Counted from the first letter of the stretch, positions 41,157 through 52,748 are shown. The stretch: 64,000 bases of DNA from Carpediemonas membranifera BICM (GCA_019828565.1 JAHDYR010000003.1:248001-312000); one strand, 5' to 3'. Translations and numbers: made by a program. Notes: generated by a model not told the origin, from the letters alone.

Positions 41157-43026
41157 TTACGAGTTGACTCCCAGTCCGTACACGCTCCCAATGACGTTCA
41201 TCCGGGACACCCCATACACCCGCCTCGGCCCAGCACTCACAGACCGCCGTACCGCAGGCTTGTGTTTAGCGGGCGTGGTCGGACTGCCCTTGGCCCTCGC
41301 CGCCCTCGCCGTACTGGTGATACTGACCCTGAGCGGGGCGGGTGTTGTGGGTCTACTAGACCTGCCACGGGCTGGGACACGGGCACTGTCGGTTGCAGGT
41401 CGGGTAAGGCCATGGAGCGGCCTGGTAAACGTCGAGGGAGGGTGGTTGTTGACTGACTCGATCTGAAGTCGACGGACTGTTACTAAGCGAGAGTCTAGCT
41501 GACCTAGTGTCGATAGAGGTGCGCGGCAGGCGAGCCACTTGCATGCCAGGATATTGTTGTATCTTGGAATCTCCATCAGACCTAAGTACGGTGAATCTGG
41601 TGCAGGGAACAGCATCCGCCACTGTCCACAGCGGTGGGCCTCCTCCTCTAGCTGCAAGAGCGTCTCCTTGGCGTGGGCGGGGAGGGTCTCGGGGTTGAAC
41701 ACGTCTAGGTCCCGCAGAGAGCGCTTGACTCGGCCCGTTTTGATGGAAGCCGGCGCCTTGGGGAGGCTGAATCCGACAAGATCGCAGAGATCACTCAAAA
41801 CTGAGGATTTGATTACCCTATCCATCGGGGAAGATGAAGCTGTGCTCGGGCTTGTGTTAATCTCTATGAGCCAAGGTTTGAGGGCCGCGTCGAGCATGAT
41901 ATCGACACCGAAGAGCTCAAACGCGTTTCCACTGGGACAATTTCCCTTGAATGCACTGTTAATGTTGGCATCGCCGCATAGAACTGCTCTGACGATGACA
42001 TCGGTGATTCTCTCCCACGTGGCCTTGAAGTCGTCCCCGCGCTGCCCCATGAAGGCCGCCAGCATGGTCAGGCTCCATTTGGACAGCTCAAACCACGACT
42101 CGTCGAACTCTGGTGGCGAGTCGACGCTGAACAGGGGAAGGTCGGCCCCGGGCTGGACGAAGTCGGCGCCCTTGACGTTGACGCTGTAGTTGGTGAGATG
42201 CATCATGCGGCTCTTCTTGGCAGCGTGGCCCTTCTTGTACCGCTTCGTGGCGAAGCGGACGAGGCCTTCTGGGTAGACGTAGAGCTTGAGTGGGTCAATG
42301 GATGTGATAGCGATGTATATGCGGATGTCGATCTTTCGACCGTCAACAAGGTACGGTGAGGACAAATATCGCTGCACCAGACTATGCTTGGTCTTACTAA
42401 CCGGCGCCATGCTATCAATAACCTTGATTCCAATCCCCCTGGCGCTGGCGCATGGCTTATGGATGTACATGCCCTTAGTCTGCGCCATGTCGGCCTTCAG
42501 CGCCTTGTAGTCGCCGGGCATGATAAATGTAGCCGGGCTGAAGAACCCGAACTCTTTGCTGCCCACCCTGCGGCACATATGGGCGATGTTCCGTGCGAGC
42601 TTGTCCTTCCGACCGAGTTCGAAAGTCCCGGGGAAGTGGGACACCCACTGGTGTTCGTTCAGCTGTGTAACAACGGCGGGAGACACATACGGGTGTGTAA
42701 TATGAGTACTTCTGCGCTTTCCCCCAGTGCACCGTCCATTTTGACGATGGGACGTTCTTGAAGCCATTTTCTGTGAATGTTTGGCGTACGATGTTGGTTT
42801 TTGCCCCAGACATCTTCAGGATTGGCGCGGAACCCGAAGTTTTAGCTCCAGGATGCAATGTTGCGCCTGCTAGATCGTGATTGAAGGATATTGTACGCGG
42901 ACGATGGAGAAAAATGCTCCGCAACGAAAAGAGAGGCCCTGTGGGCTTCTCTGCCGCCTTAGCGGTTAGTTTGCTGTCTGATGCAGAAGCCTGAAGACTT
43001 GGAAGCCTGTCAGGCGTCTTCACCAT
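41157..43026 (-). CDS. Tubulin polyglutamylase (TTLL4/5-like); intron 42663-42690
   Basis: Splicing gives YYTP-LNEHQWVSHFPG; KPCASARGIGI, QRYL..P.L..GRKIDIR.Y, HLTNYSVN, FELFGVD, PWLIEINTSPS. Confidence 0.9.
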
Positions 43027-43128
43027 CTTCCGCGATGCGTTGTGCAGTTTCGAAATTCTGCATAAAACTTGAGAATAGTGTCAGAAGGGATAGTATGCGG
43101 CTTCATATGGAGGCGTTGCCATTCCCGA

Positions 43129-45182
43129 CCCGGCCTCTCTCGGAGCAGTTTACGGGCGCGGATCTTGACAGCGATGGCGAAAATGCACGTCTGATACACC
43201 AATTGTTCAGCGAGCATGCCACGGCCCCTTTCGCATGCGCATTCAGTGCATGTCGCGAGATTCGCTCTTCCAGATCCGGGGAGGATCAGCGGTCGCTGCG
43301 AGATGCCATTCTCGGATCGGAGATGCAACTTCGGGTTCCCCGAGGCCACTTTCCGTCCGAACACCAAATGTGCGGCATCTTCTCTTTCCTGAGCACCTCC
43401 CTGTCCCGCGATGACTACAAGGCCATCTACGACAACGCCTTCATGCTGGGCGCCGCGAGAGGCCCCGAGTACCATTCCCTGACGTACGAGGTCCCCGGCG
43501 CCCTCCTTGTTGGCTTCCACCGCCTCGCGATCAACGGCCTCGATGAGGGCTCGCACCAACCCCTCCGCACCGAGGGCCTCGGCCTGGTCTGCAACGGCGA
43601 AGTTTGTCCTCTCCAGCGCGCTCACATAGATCTACAACTACCGCCAGCTCCGCGAACAGTTCGACCTGCCCACGACGACGCACTCCGACTGCGAGGTCAT
43701 CCTCCACCTCTACGCCAAGCTCGGCTTCTCCAAGATGGTCTCCCTGCTCGACGGCGTCTTCGCCCTCAACATCTGGGACATGCGCGGCACTGAGCCCATC
43801 CTCTACGCGGCCCGCGACCCCTTCGGCGTCCGACCCATGTTCGAGTTCCGCACGCCCGACGGCGTCGGCTTCTCGTCGGAGCTCAAGATGGTCGCCGGTC
43901 TGGAGAAGGTCCTCGGCGTCACCGCCCACGCCGAGCAGTTCGCGCCCGGCACGTGGGCGAGCTTCCGCCTCTCGCAGGGCGGCTGGGAGGAGGTCAGCCG
44001 CGAGCGCTGGCACCGCCTGCCCGAGGCCGAGCAGATCCACTCCAGCGAGCAGGCCATGGATTCTGTACGCCGCACGCTCATCGCTGCCGTCCAGAAGCGC
44101 ATCGACACTTCTGATCGCCCAATCGCCTGCCTCCTCTCCGGCGGTCTTGACTCCAGCCTCATCACGGCGCTCGTGTGCCGGCTCTACTGCCCAGACGACC
44201 CCGGCCGCCTCGAGACCTACAGCATCGGGATGCCGGGCTCGGTTGACCTCAAGTACGCGCGCATGGTCGCCGACCACCTCGGGACGACGCACACCGAGGT
44301 GATTGTCTCCGAGGCTGACTTCCTGGCTGCCATCCCGGACGTTGCCGGGGCGATTGAGAGCTTCGACACGACGACCGTGCGCGCCAGCGTCGGCAACTAC
44401 CTCGTGTCGAAGTACATCAGCGAGCACAGCGAGGCGAAGGTCATCTTCAACGGCGACGGGTCCGACGAGGTCACGGGCGGCTACATGTACTTCCACTGCG
44501 CCCCGACGCCCGACGCCTTCGACGCGGAGTGCCGGCGCCTGCTGGGCGACATCCACTTCTTCGACGTCCTCCGTTCGGACAGGACCATCGCCTCCCAGGG
44601 GCTCGAGGCCCGCACGCCGTTCCTCGACAAGGAGTTCGTGCGCACGTACCTGACGATCGCCAGGACCGTCCGCTGTCACGCGATACACGGGCAGTGCGAG
44701 AAGTGGCTGCTCCGATCCGCCTTCGCCGACCTCGGCGTCCTGCCCAAGGCGGTGCTGTGGCGCACCAAGGAGGCATTCAGCGACGGCGTCAGCAGCACGA
44801 AGCGGGCCTGGTTCCAGGTCATCCAGGATACGGTCCAGGATTCTGAGATCGTCACCTCGCCCCACATGAGGCCCGCGACGGCCGAGCAGCGCCACTACCG
44901 GGCACTGTTCCAGCGGGTCTACGGCGAGCACCATGCGACAACGCTGCCGTACTTCTGGATGCCCAGGTTCGTCCAGGCGACGGACGCCAGCGCGCGGACA
45001 CTCGATGTATACAAGAGACGACAGCAGTAGTGTACATATGCGGATAAATGTGACATGTCATGACCCCAAGGTCGCCGAGCTCGAGGCCAGTCTGCCCGCC
45101 TGGAGAAGCACAGGATGGTGACTGATGTGTCGAGAAAGGGTAATCGGGCGTTCATACTCGCCCCAGTCGGCACTGTCATGGC
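43129..45182 (+). repeat. 2054-bp inverted duplication of 9983-12036
   Basis: Near-identical reverse complement. Confidence 0.95.
43368..45030 (+). CDS. ASNS: Asparagine synthetase, copy 2; intron 43602-43629
   Basis: Same motifs as copy 1; one visible K/E difference (cgcaaa vs cgcgaa). Confidence 0.95.
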
Positions 45183-45853
45183 TTGTCGGTGGCAAATTAT
45201 CTCATTTATATATCGGTCCAGGCAAGGAGGAGAACCGCTTCCACCCAGTCGCCGTGCCCGCTGGCTTTGTCCCAGATCACATCATGCATGTTAACTGGAC
45301 TGTCATCCTCTCCATGGGCGATCGGCAGATGATCAGCGGGTTCAACCATGATGGCCTGCTGGGGCTCGGGCACGATGATGAGCTGACTGGCTTCGAGGAG
45401 CTGCCCTTCAGGGTCGACCGGGTCGTGCCAGCAGATTCCTTCAACGTCTTCTTCAGCGGCCGCCAGCTGCTGTTCGCCGGCGAGGTTCCAAAGACGATTG
45501 CCCAGTCGGGCCTGCCGCCTGGATACGACGCTGACGAGGAGTGCGTCGCAGCCACCCCGCTCCGGTTCCCAGAGAGGGTCAAGGGGTTCTTTTGTGACGA
45601 TTATCTTCTCGTCTGGGTCACTGAAGGCCGCACTCATCTGCATGATGGAGATGCTCAGTACTCTGTGCTATTTGAGGCAAAAGCGTTGTCCAAAACAGCC
45701 GTCAGCTTATGTCGCAAGTCCACCGACATGTGGTTCAGGGTGACGGGCGTGTCAAGTGGGGTGGCGAAGCTGGTCGAGTGCGAGGCGCCCGATGATTGTG
45801 ACATCTTCGCCATCCTCTCAGTCGACTTAGACGCGTGGGAAGGCGGCGCCTAG
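45125..45853 (+). CDS. RCC1-like repeat family protein, probably 5'-truncated
   Basis: GFNHDGLLGLGH RCC1-like motif; paralog of 9240-10100. Confidence 0.55.
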   Translation: MCRERVIGRSYSPQSALSWLVGGKLSHLYIGPGKEENRFHPVAVPAGFVPDHIMHVNWTVILSMGDRQMISGFNHDGLLGLGHDDELTGFEELPFRVDRVVPADSFNVFFSGRQLLFAGEVPKTIAQSGLPPGYDADEECVAATPLRFPERVKGFFCDDYLLVWVTEGRTHLHDGDAQYSVLFEAKALSKTAVSLCRKSTDMWFRVTGVSSGVAKLVECEAPDDCDIFAILSVDLDAWEGGA

Positions 45854-45952
45854 CATGGCCATCGCCCAGGTCCCGTAAATTCGGATTCTCTGTTGGTTCA
45901 GCACTTGCCGGGAAGCTCTGACAGGACAGCCATGGGTAAATCTTTATATTAT

Positions 45953-46007
45953 TGTCTGGCATCTGAGCGATAGTCAGCGCCTTCAGACGCTGGCGAGGGC
46001 GACTGAA
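45953..46007 (+). repeat. Conserved hairpin-forming motif downstream of the RCC1-like gene
   Basis: Matches 9187-9237 inverted; cagcg/cgctg and cgccttc/gagggcg stems. Confidence 0.8.
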
Positions 46008-46225
46008 ACATGGTTGTTACCGCCAGGCCGGCAGTGACGCCAACGCTGTGTCCCGCCGGTCCGTCGAATGCCAGCATGGTGGGGTTGGCTGAAGTGGCAG
46101 GTGAAAAGCATCGCCTGTCGTGAGTACCTGTCACTGGTTGGCATGGCGCCGATACAGTGGATCATTACAGAAGTCAATGTTCTTCAGATCGTGCTGATTT
46201 CTACTCGATTTTCTTTGGAATCAGG

Positions 46226-48481
46226 ATGGCAGTTGGACCGCCAAGCAACCAGGAGGCTTCGGAGGCTTTTCCTTCCGTGCAAGGCTCGTCAAGCAATCAG
46301 AATATCGCAGAGGCACTGTTTTCTATCCACGATCCATATGCCGTGCCGCCGAAGAGTTGGCGCAACGTCAATTCGCTGATTGAGCTCGTAGCTGCTGAAG
46401 ATCCCACTGCTCCATGCCTCGGTACACGGAGCTACACTCCTGAGGGCCGCGGTGACTTCGAATGGCTTTCTTTCGAAGAGACAGTGAAGCTTGTTGACTG
46501 TTTTGCCGGCGGCCTGCACACTCTTGGCCTCAAGAAGGGCGACAAGATCGGAATCATGGCCAAGAACCGTGTAGAGTGGTGTATATCCGACCTTGCGTGT
46601 GCCCGTCTCGGCATTATCACTGTGCCGCTGTATGACACGCAAGGGCCAAAGGAGGTCGAATTCATCTCCCAACAATCTGACATCACTGCCATCCTTGTGG
46701 CCGCCGAGCACCTGCCCCTCCTCAGACAGCTGTGGGACGAGCCCAGCTGCGAGGCTGTCAAGACCATGGTCCTCTTCGACTACCGCCTTGACGACGCCGC
46801 CCTCCTCCGTGCCGTCCGCCCCGACCTCGCCGAGCACACTCTAGCGGTCCCCGAGTACGTCAAGATGTCACTAGACGCCGTCCCAGCTGACGAGCGGGCC
46901 AACCTGTGCTCCCTTGTCACTCACTCGTTCACCCAGCTCTGCGAGGTTGGAAGAACTCACCAAGCGCCTGCCGTAGACATCACAGCTGACGACCTGCTGA
47001 CCTTTGTCTACACCTCTGGCACGATGGGTGACCCTAAGGGCGTCATGATCACTCACGGCAACATTCTCACGGCTGTAGTGGCGCTGATACCGTACTGGCC
47101 AAAGAGGACTGGCGACATGCGGGCCAGAGGTGAGTATGACTCAATCATTTCGTATCTTCCAAACGCCCATGTATTTATGCGTGTTATTTCCTTCCTCGCA
47201 CATATCAACGTTGGTGGGATCGGTTTCTCTCAGGGCGACACCCGAAAGCTAATGGACGATATCGCGTGCCTTCGACCGTCCGTCTTTCCGTGCGTTCCCA
47301 GGATCCTGACGCGCATGTTCGATGTGGTCAGCAAGCAAGTCGCCGCCATGCCCGCTGTGACCCGTTTCATCTTTTCAACAGCCTATGCTATGAAGAGAAA
47401 GGCTCTATTCGACGGCCCTGAACGACGTCAGCCCAACTTCCTTGTCCAACGCGTGTTCAAGAAGACGGAGCAGGTCATCGGCGGCCGGGTGCGTCTCATA
47501 TTCACCGGCTCAGCCCCGCTGCCAGTGCAGGTTAACGAGTTTATTCAAGTCGTCTTCGGGTCCCCCGTGATCGAGGGCTATGGGATGACTGAGAGCTGCT
47601 CGACTGCGGCGGGCCAGATCACTGGGGTTCAGGACATGGGCAATGTCGGTGTGCCTGAGGGCAACCTGCAGATCAAGCTGATCGACGTGCCCGACCTCGA
47701 TTACCTCGTCAGCGACAGCCCCAACCCCCGCGGTGAGGTGCTACTCAAGGGCGGGAACATCTTCAAGGGCTACTACAAGGCCGAGGACAAGACGGCTGAG
47801 GTGATTGACGATGACGGCTGGTTCCACACAGGGGACATCGGCGAGATGCTGCCCGGCAACAGGCTCAAGCTCATCGACCGTAAGCGGAACATTTTCAAGA
47901 TGGCACAGGGCGAATTCGTGTGCGGCTCGGCCATCGAGGACGTCTGCACGGCCAACTGCCCCGCAGTCGGGTCGATCTTCATCTACGGAAACCGGTACGA
48001 GAGCTTCCTGGTTGCTGTGGTCGTCCCCAACAAGACCATGGTCGACCAATGGTGGGCCGAGCTCGGCAAGGACAAGTCCGTGGCGTACGAGGCAAGGATG
48101 ACGGATGCAGACATCGTAGGAAAGGTTCACGAGGAGCTGCTTGCGGCCTGTAGGAAGGCTGGGCTCCGTTCGTTCGAGCATCCTAAGGCAGTCATTCTCG
48201 ACTCGGAGGAATGGGCCATTGACAGCGGCCTGATGACGCCCTCGATGAAGCCGAAGAGAGCTGCCCTCAAGGTCAAGTACAAGCAGAACATCTTGCATAC
48301 CTATGTTGCGATCAAGAACAATGTGCCGAATGTTAATCGTTTGGCTATTAATGACGCAGCTGAGCTTTCTCTTGATGCGGTGAGGATGGTGTTGTCCGGC
48401 AAGGCGGGCATCCTTGACGAGGAGAGCTTGACTACATTGACATTTGGCAGCCACGTCATGAAGGTCAACAGCACCGTATAA
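46226..48481 (+). CDS. Long-chain acyl-CoA synthetase
   Basis: YTSGTMGDPKG, SYLPNAH, EGYGMTE, GWFHTGDIG, IDRKRNIFKMAQGE. Confidence 0.93.
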   Translation: MAVGPPSNQEASEAFPSVQGSSSNQNIAEALFSIHDPYAVPPKSWRNVNSLIELVAAEDPTAPCLGTRSYTPEGRGDFEWLSFEETVKLVDCFAGGLHTLGLKKGDKIGIMAKNRVEWCISDLACARLGIITVPLYDTQGPKEVEFISQQSDITAILVAAEHLPLLRQLWDEPSCEAVKTMVLFDYRLDDAALLRAVRPDLAEHTLAVPEYVKMSLDAVPADERANLCSLVTHSFTQLCEVGRTHQAPAVDITADDLLTFVYTSGTMGDPKGVMITHGNILTAVVALIPYWPKRTGDMRARGEYDSIISYLPNAHVFMRVISFLAHINVGGIGFSQGDTRKLMDDIACLRPSVFPCVPRILTRMFDVVSKQVAAMPAVTRFIFSTAYAMKRKALFDGPERRQPNFLVQRVFKKTEQVIGGRVRLIFTGSAPLPVQVNEFIQVVFGSPVIEGYGMTESCSTAAGQITGVQDMGNVGVPEGNLQIKLIDVPDLDYLVSDSPNPRGEVLLKGGNIFKGYYKAEDKTAEVIDDDGWFHTGDIGEMLPGNRLKLIDRKRNIFKMAQGEFVCGSAIEDVCTANCPAVGSIFIYGNRYESFLVAVVVPNKTMVDQWWAELGKDKSVAYEARMTDADIVGKVHEELLAACRKAGLRSFEHPKAVILDSEEWAIDSGLMTPSMKPKRAALKVKYKQNILHTYVAIKNNVPNVNRLAINDAAELSLDAVRMVLSGKAGILDEESLTTLTFGSHVMKVNSTV

Positions 48482-48528
48482 ACTGTCACTCCATTCATAT
48501 CATTATTTATCCGCGAGAGATTGGGCGA

Positions 48529-51500
48529 TCATCCGTCACCCATCAAACCAGCCACGTTGATGTCGCCCCGCATCATAAAGTCCGCGGCCTGGGCCTTGTT
48601 CTGTGCCCGCTCCACCCGTCCCTCGGCTGTGGCAGCGGCTGAGACGCCACTGACTGTAGACCCCTGCTTGGCCTCGCCGATCTGACCCACCAGAGTCTGA
48701 AGGAACGCGAACATCACCTTGCGCTGCTTCTTGGCGGAAAGCCCGGCAATACGCTGGGCTGCCTGCTCGTATGCAGAGCCGTTGTAACCAGGGTACTTGG
48801 CCAACTCAGCACACATGAGGTGGAGCTTGTTGACACCGTGTAGACTAGTGTGAATCGCGCATACTAGCCCAACGATCTCCATGGTGAAGTCCAAGTTCTT
48901 GGGATCGGCCACAGCCTGGATCGCAATAGGTAGGACCTCAGTGACGACTGGCTCGAGCAACTCGGGAAGCTGGATAAGATGGGGGGCCGCGGCCTCGAGA
49001 GCACGCGTGGTCTTCTTTGTCGCAACCATGCAACCCCAGGTCATGATCATCGAGGCCTGACGCACTAGAGCAAGCTGGACGGGTCTCAGAGCTGGATCCG
49101 GGCCCGTGATGCGGGTGAGGGCGTCCTGGTCGAGTTGGACAACGTGGCCGACTGTTCTCACACCAAAACAGGAGGATATGGCAATGCCAACACCATTGGC
49201 GACATCCACGCCGAGTGCTTTGATCACCATTTCCTCCTCAATAGCCTCTCTAGAAACAGAGGCAGAGGAGGCTGACGCAGCAAGCGCAGGACCGGCGATG
49301 CCGATGATCGTATCTAGCTTTGATACGAATATCTCCATCATATCCATAGATATGACCGCTGATAGCTCTGGTAGCAGCCTCTTTGTCATGCATCTGCAGT
49401 GGAATAGCTTGGAGTGTGGCTGGGGCAGGGCGTCAAGGATGAGGAGGACCACGTCTGGGGTGACGCAGCCAGCCTTACATGCCATGCCGATAAATGTTGC
49501 TGAGAGTTCATATAACTCATGTAAAAGGTACTGGATATACAGAAGATCGTTATCTGGATGGTCCATATCCGATCTCAGATCTGATCCGGTTCCGATTTTC
49601 CCCAGAAGTCCGTTGACCTCCACCTGTGGGAATGAGTCGAGTCTAGGGTCTCTAGGCCCCGTGTAGACTCTGTTGATGGCAGCAACGCACTGCACTGCGA
49701 TAGGTAGGATGGCAGATGTCAGCAGCTGTACGATGGGGCGGTCGGCGTCACTAATCTCAGGGCTTAATGGTGATCTCTGTGATCTACCGTGGCTCATCAT
49801 CGCGGGGAACATTAGCCGACGCAGGACGGATACGAAGCACCGCATGGAAAAGTGCAGCTTACGGCGGGTGGCCCATTCCTCCGGACGGGCGTTGTTGCTA
49901 GCCAAGTCGGGCTTGTCGGCGGCCAGCACGGCGAGGAGGTCTTGGGTTTGCAGGGCTGACGTCCACTGGTTGTAATCCGACTCGAGCAGTGCGAAGATGA
50001 AGCCCTGCCTGTCGGGGAGGGATCCAGATGCCACTACCATTGCTTCCACAAGGGTTGCACGCTCGTTCTCACTGAGGACAGGGAAGCCTTGGGAGTCGCG
50101 GCGTTCACATCCAGATTGATAGAATCTATAGACGATCTCGAGATACGGGGTTGACATGGCGGGTGATTGGACCACAATTGTCAGAAGAGCGTTACATGCA
50201 CGACGTCTGGTTGATAGTGTATCTTGGGATAGATCTACCATATCTACGTTAGCCTCGTGCGGTCCCCTCCACTCAATCGACTGTAGTAAGAATCTAATAA
50301 CCGCTTCAACGGGATCACCCTCGATCTGGAGGGCGCTGAGCCGAGCTAGGGGGGCAGCGAATGGGATAAGCGCTGTAACCACCCTGAAGGCGACAATCGC
50401 GTGCTGGGACTGGAAAGTCGTCAGCCACTGGAGTGCTTGTAGTAGTAGCTGGTAGACCTCATTGGTATACGGCTGTATGGTCACACCCTCCGCTGTGGCG
50501 GCCGTTTCGATGCCAGACACGACCGCTTCGAGCCCATGGAGCGCCCCTTCAACAGTAGCATAGCCCGGTGACTTTGTAGTACAGTGGCCTGTCGGACTGG
50601 GGTACTGTCCAGGGTCCGGGTTCGAGTCCTGCGATGCACACCTTTCTACAGCCAACCACAGTGCTTGGGCCGGATAATGTGGGGCCAAGAGACGAATGGT
50701 GTCTGCCGCCCGACCGATGAGAACGCCCATGTAATCTGCCCACTTGTCGTCGTCGCCGAAGTCTATCGCTGCGAAAAGGGAAGATGGTTCGTCTTCACTT
50801 GGCCCTCCTTTCTTATCGAGGCGGTGGATGCACAGATAGAGGAGCCTGTGCCATATTTCGTCAGGGACAGCCTTCCTGGACTTATCGTCTCTGAGGATCT
50901 TAAGGAAGAACTGTAAAATGTGGCCAAAGACGGCATGTGACGGGTGTTCCGCAAACTGCCCCAACAGCACCGATACTGCGGGTACATGGGGTCTCAGGGG
51001 GTTGTACTGGTTAGAAGACACTGAAGGGAACAGCTGCACAAGCTGCACGAAGAAATAATAGTCTGGGTCGTCGGTTGGATCCAAGGAGGTGAACATCGCA
51101 GGGAAGAGAGCGACGACGCCGCTGAGAATGACGTCGTGCTGTCCTTCTGGGGGACGGCGAAGGGCGACGTCGAGGACCTCGAGAGCGCCTATCCGTCCAG
51201 CCTGGTTGTTGAGCTGCATGACCATCTGGGAGAGCACATGGGGGGGTTCGAGAAGAAGCGACATCGGCATCCATTGTCCAAGGACAGCGGTCAGGCCAAT
51301 GGCTGCTGTACAGACGGCTTCTGAGGTGGAGGCGACCGAGTCTGCTATGAATGAGAGCAGCGTACGTGAGAGCTCGCTGACCGCGGTAATGGCAGCGCGG
51401 CGGGCGTCGGTCGGCAGGTTGGGCAGTTTCTCGGCAACACACTCGCTCAGGGTGCGGAAGGCATATAGTACTACCTCCCGGGCACTGTCTGACGCCTCTG

Positions 51501-51930
51501 CATCAGCCCCCAGACGCATGGGATAGTCGGACACACATTGAGGCCACTCGATGAACATTAGCCCGCCAAGAAGAGCGCCGATCTTGTTCTTGACGAACAC
51601 AGGGGTGGTCTGGTCGACGGTGGCGGTGAGAGATAGTGTGGACTGGCGAAATAGGTCCCGTTGAGGGAGGTCGAGGGTGAGGAAGAAGCGTTCGAGGAAG
51701 TCGGAGAGAGCAGAGAGGCCGAAGTGCCGTGCCTGAGGGTCATTGGCCTTGGAAAGAGCAAAGAATGCATCCAAATTACCCGTATTCGAGCGGAAAGCAT
51801 CCAAATACTGCTGTGCTTCTTGTCTGCTGGCCGCCGGGGCAGCTGGATCGAAAACAGCCATAAGAGCCGCTGTAATAGTATCATCCACGCCAGATCCCAT
51901 CGCTGCATTGCTGCTTGGGAGGGCGTTCAT
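48529..51930 (-). CDS. Karyopherin-beta family exportin (exportin-5-like)
   Basis: N-terminal IBN_N/Xpo1-like: R.EA..YL..F, RHFGL, FVKNK....L....EWPQ; ~1130 aa HEAT-like. Confidence 0.7.
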   Translation of the reverse strand: MNALPSSNAAMGSGVDDTITAALMAVFDPAAPAASRQEAQQYLDAFRSNTGNLDAFFALSKANDPQARHFGLSALSDFLERFFLTLDLPQRDLFRQSTLSLTATVDQTTPVFVKNKIGALLGGLMFIEWPQCVSDYPMRLGADAEASDSAREVVLYAFRTLSECVAEKLPNLPTDARRAAITAVSELSRTLLSFIADSVASTSEAVCTAAIGLTAVLGQWMPMSLLLEPPHVLSQMVMQLNNQAGRIGALEVLDVALRRPPEGQHDVILSGVVALFPAMFTSLDPTDDPDYYFFVQLVQLFPSVSSNQYNPLRPHVPAVSVLLGQFAEHPSHAVFGHILQFFLKILRDDKSRKAVPDEIWHRLLYLCIHRLDKKGGPSEDEPSSLFAAIDFGDDDKWADYMGVLIGRAADTIRLLAPHYPAQALWLAVERCASQDSNPDPGQYPSPTGHCTTKSPGYATVEGALHGLEAVVSGIETAATAEGVTIQPYTNEVYQLLLQALQWLTTFQSQHAIVAFRVVTALIPFAAPLARLSALQIEGDPVEAVIRFLLQSIEWRGPHEANVDMVDLSQDTLSTRRRACNALLTIVVQSPAMSTPYLEIVYRFYQSGCERRDSQGFPVLSENERATLVEAMVVASGSLPDRQGFIFALLESDYNQWTSALQTQDLLAVLAADKPDLASNNARPEEWATRRKLHFSMRCFVSVLRRLMFPAMMSHGRSQRSPLSPEISDADRPIVQLLTSAILPIAVQCVAAINRVYTGPRDPRLDSFPQVEVNGLLGKIGTGSDLRSDMDHPDNDLLYIQYLLHELYELSATFIGMACKAGCVTPDVVLLILDALPQPHSKLFHCRCMTKRLLPELSAVISMDMMEIFVSKLDTIIGIAGPALAASASSASVSREAIEEEMVIKALGVDVANGVGIAISSCFGVRTVGHVVQLDQDALTRITGPDPALRPVQLALVRQASMIMTWGCMVATKKTTRALEAAAPHLIQLPELLEPVVTEVLPIAIQAVADPKNLDFTMEIVGLVCAIHTSLHGVNKLHLMCAELAKYPGYNGSAYEQAAQRIAGLSAKKQRKVMFAFLQTLVGQIGEAKQGSTVSGVSAAATAEGRVERAQNKAQAADFMMRGDINVAGLMGDG

Positions 51931-52229
51931 GATTTCACTGGCCAATGCACTGTCTGTCGATCAGACCCCAGCTCTGATTGGCCCAGCGAGATGGAAGCTC
52001 GCGTTGCTGTGTCAGAGGGGATGATCATAGCTGAGAATGCTTGGGTCCCAATGTTGGGGTCGATCTCAAAATGATTCACACAGCCAGGCTCCTGGCGAAA
52101 GACGAACCTGAGATTCAATTGAACCACTGTAGAGGCGACCTTGTCATCCAATAGGCAGTACAACAAGGGCGCAATCCTCAAGGTTCTCCATCGAGTCCTG
52201 GTGCAGTTTAAGGTTTGTCCGGAAGCGAG

Positions 52230-52748
52230 ATGAGCGCGATTGAGAGCCTTATACAGCAAATTAATGAATTGGAACGTGCAAACCGCGAGAATGAAAGCAA
52301 AATTCTCATGGAGCAACACAAAACTGCTGCAGCCAAGAAGGATCTCGAGGAGAGCAAGGAGAACGTCTCCAATCTCGAGAAACAGCTCTATTCCGTCAAT
52401 GAGAAGTGTCACACACTCGAGCAAAAGCTTTTGATGGCTGAACAATCCATCAAGCTGAAGGAAGAACAGATTGCCTCCCATGTCTATCAGCTTCAGAGCA
52501 TCCAGCGTGACATGAAGCACGAACAGGAGCAGTATCAGTCCCACAGGAGAGAGTTCAAGGAGCGGCTCGACGCTGTGAATGCCCAACTACTCCAGTACCT
52601 CACCGCTGGCGCTGCACCGACCGAGCTCCTCTCGCCAAGCGACGCTCCCGGCTCACAGGGCCCCGAGTCGCCCACGCAGTCGCAGGCGGTTGGAGAAAGC
52701 CAGGACGATGTGACTATGGAGACATGCACGACGGAGGAGTTCCCCTAA
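52230..52748 (+). CDS. Coiled-coil hypothetical protein
   Basis: E/Q/K heptads; the 3' end is re-duplicated in the tandem repeat. Confidence 0.6.
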   Translation: MSAIESLIQQINELERANRENESKILMEQHKTAAAKKDLEESKENVSNLEKQLYSVNEKCHTLEQKLLMAEQSIKLKEEQIASHVYQLQSIQRDMKHEQEQYQSHRREFKERLDAVNAQLLQYLTAGAAPTELLSPSDAPGSQGPESPTQSQAVGESQDDVTMETCTTEEFP

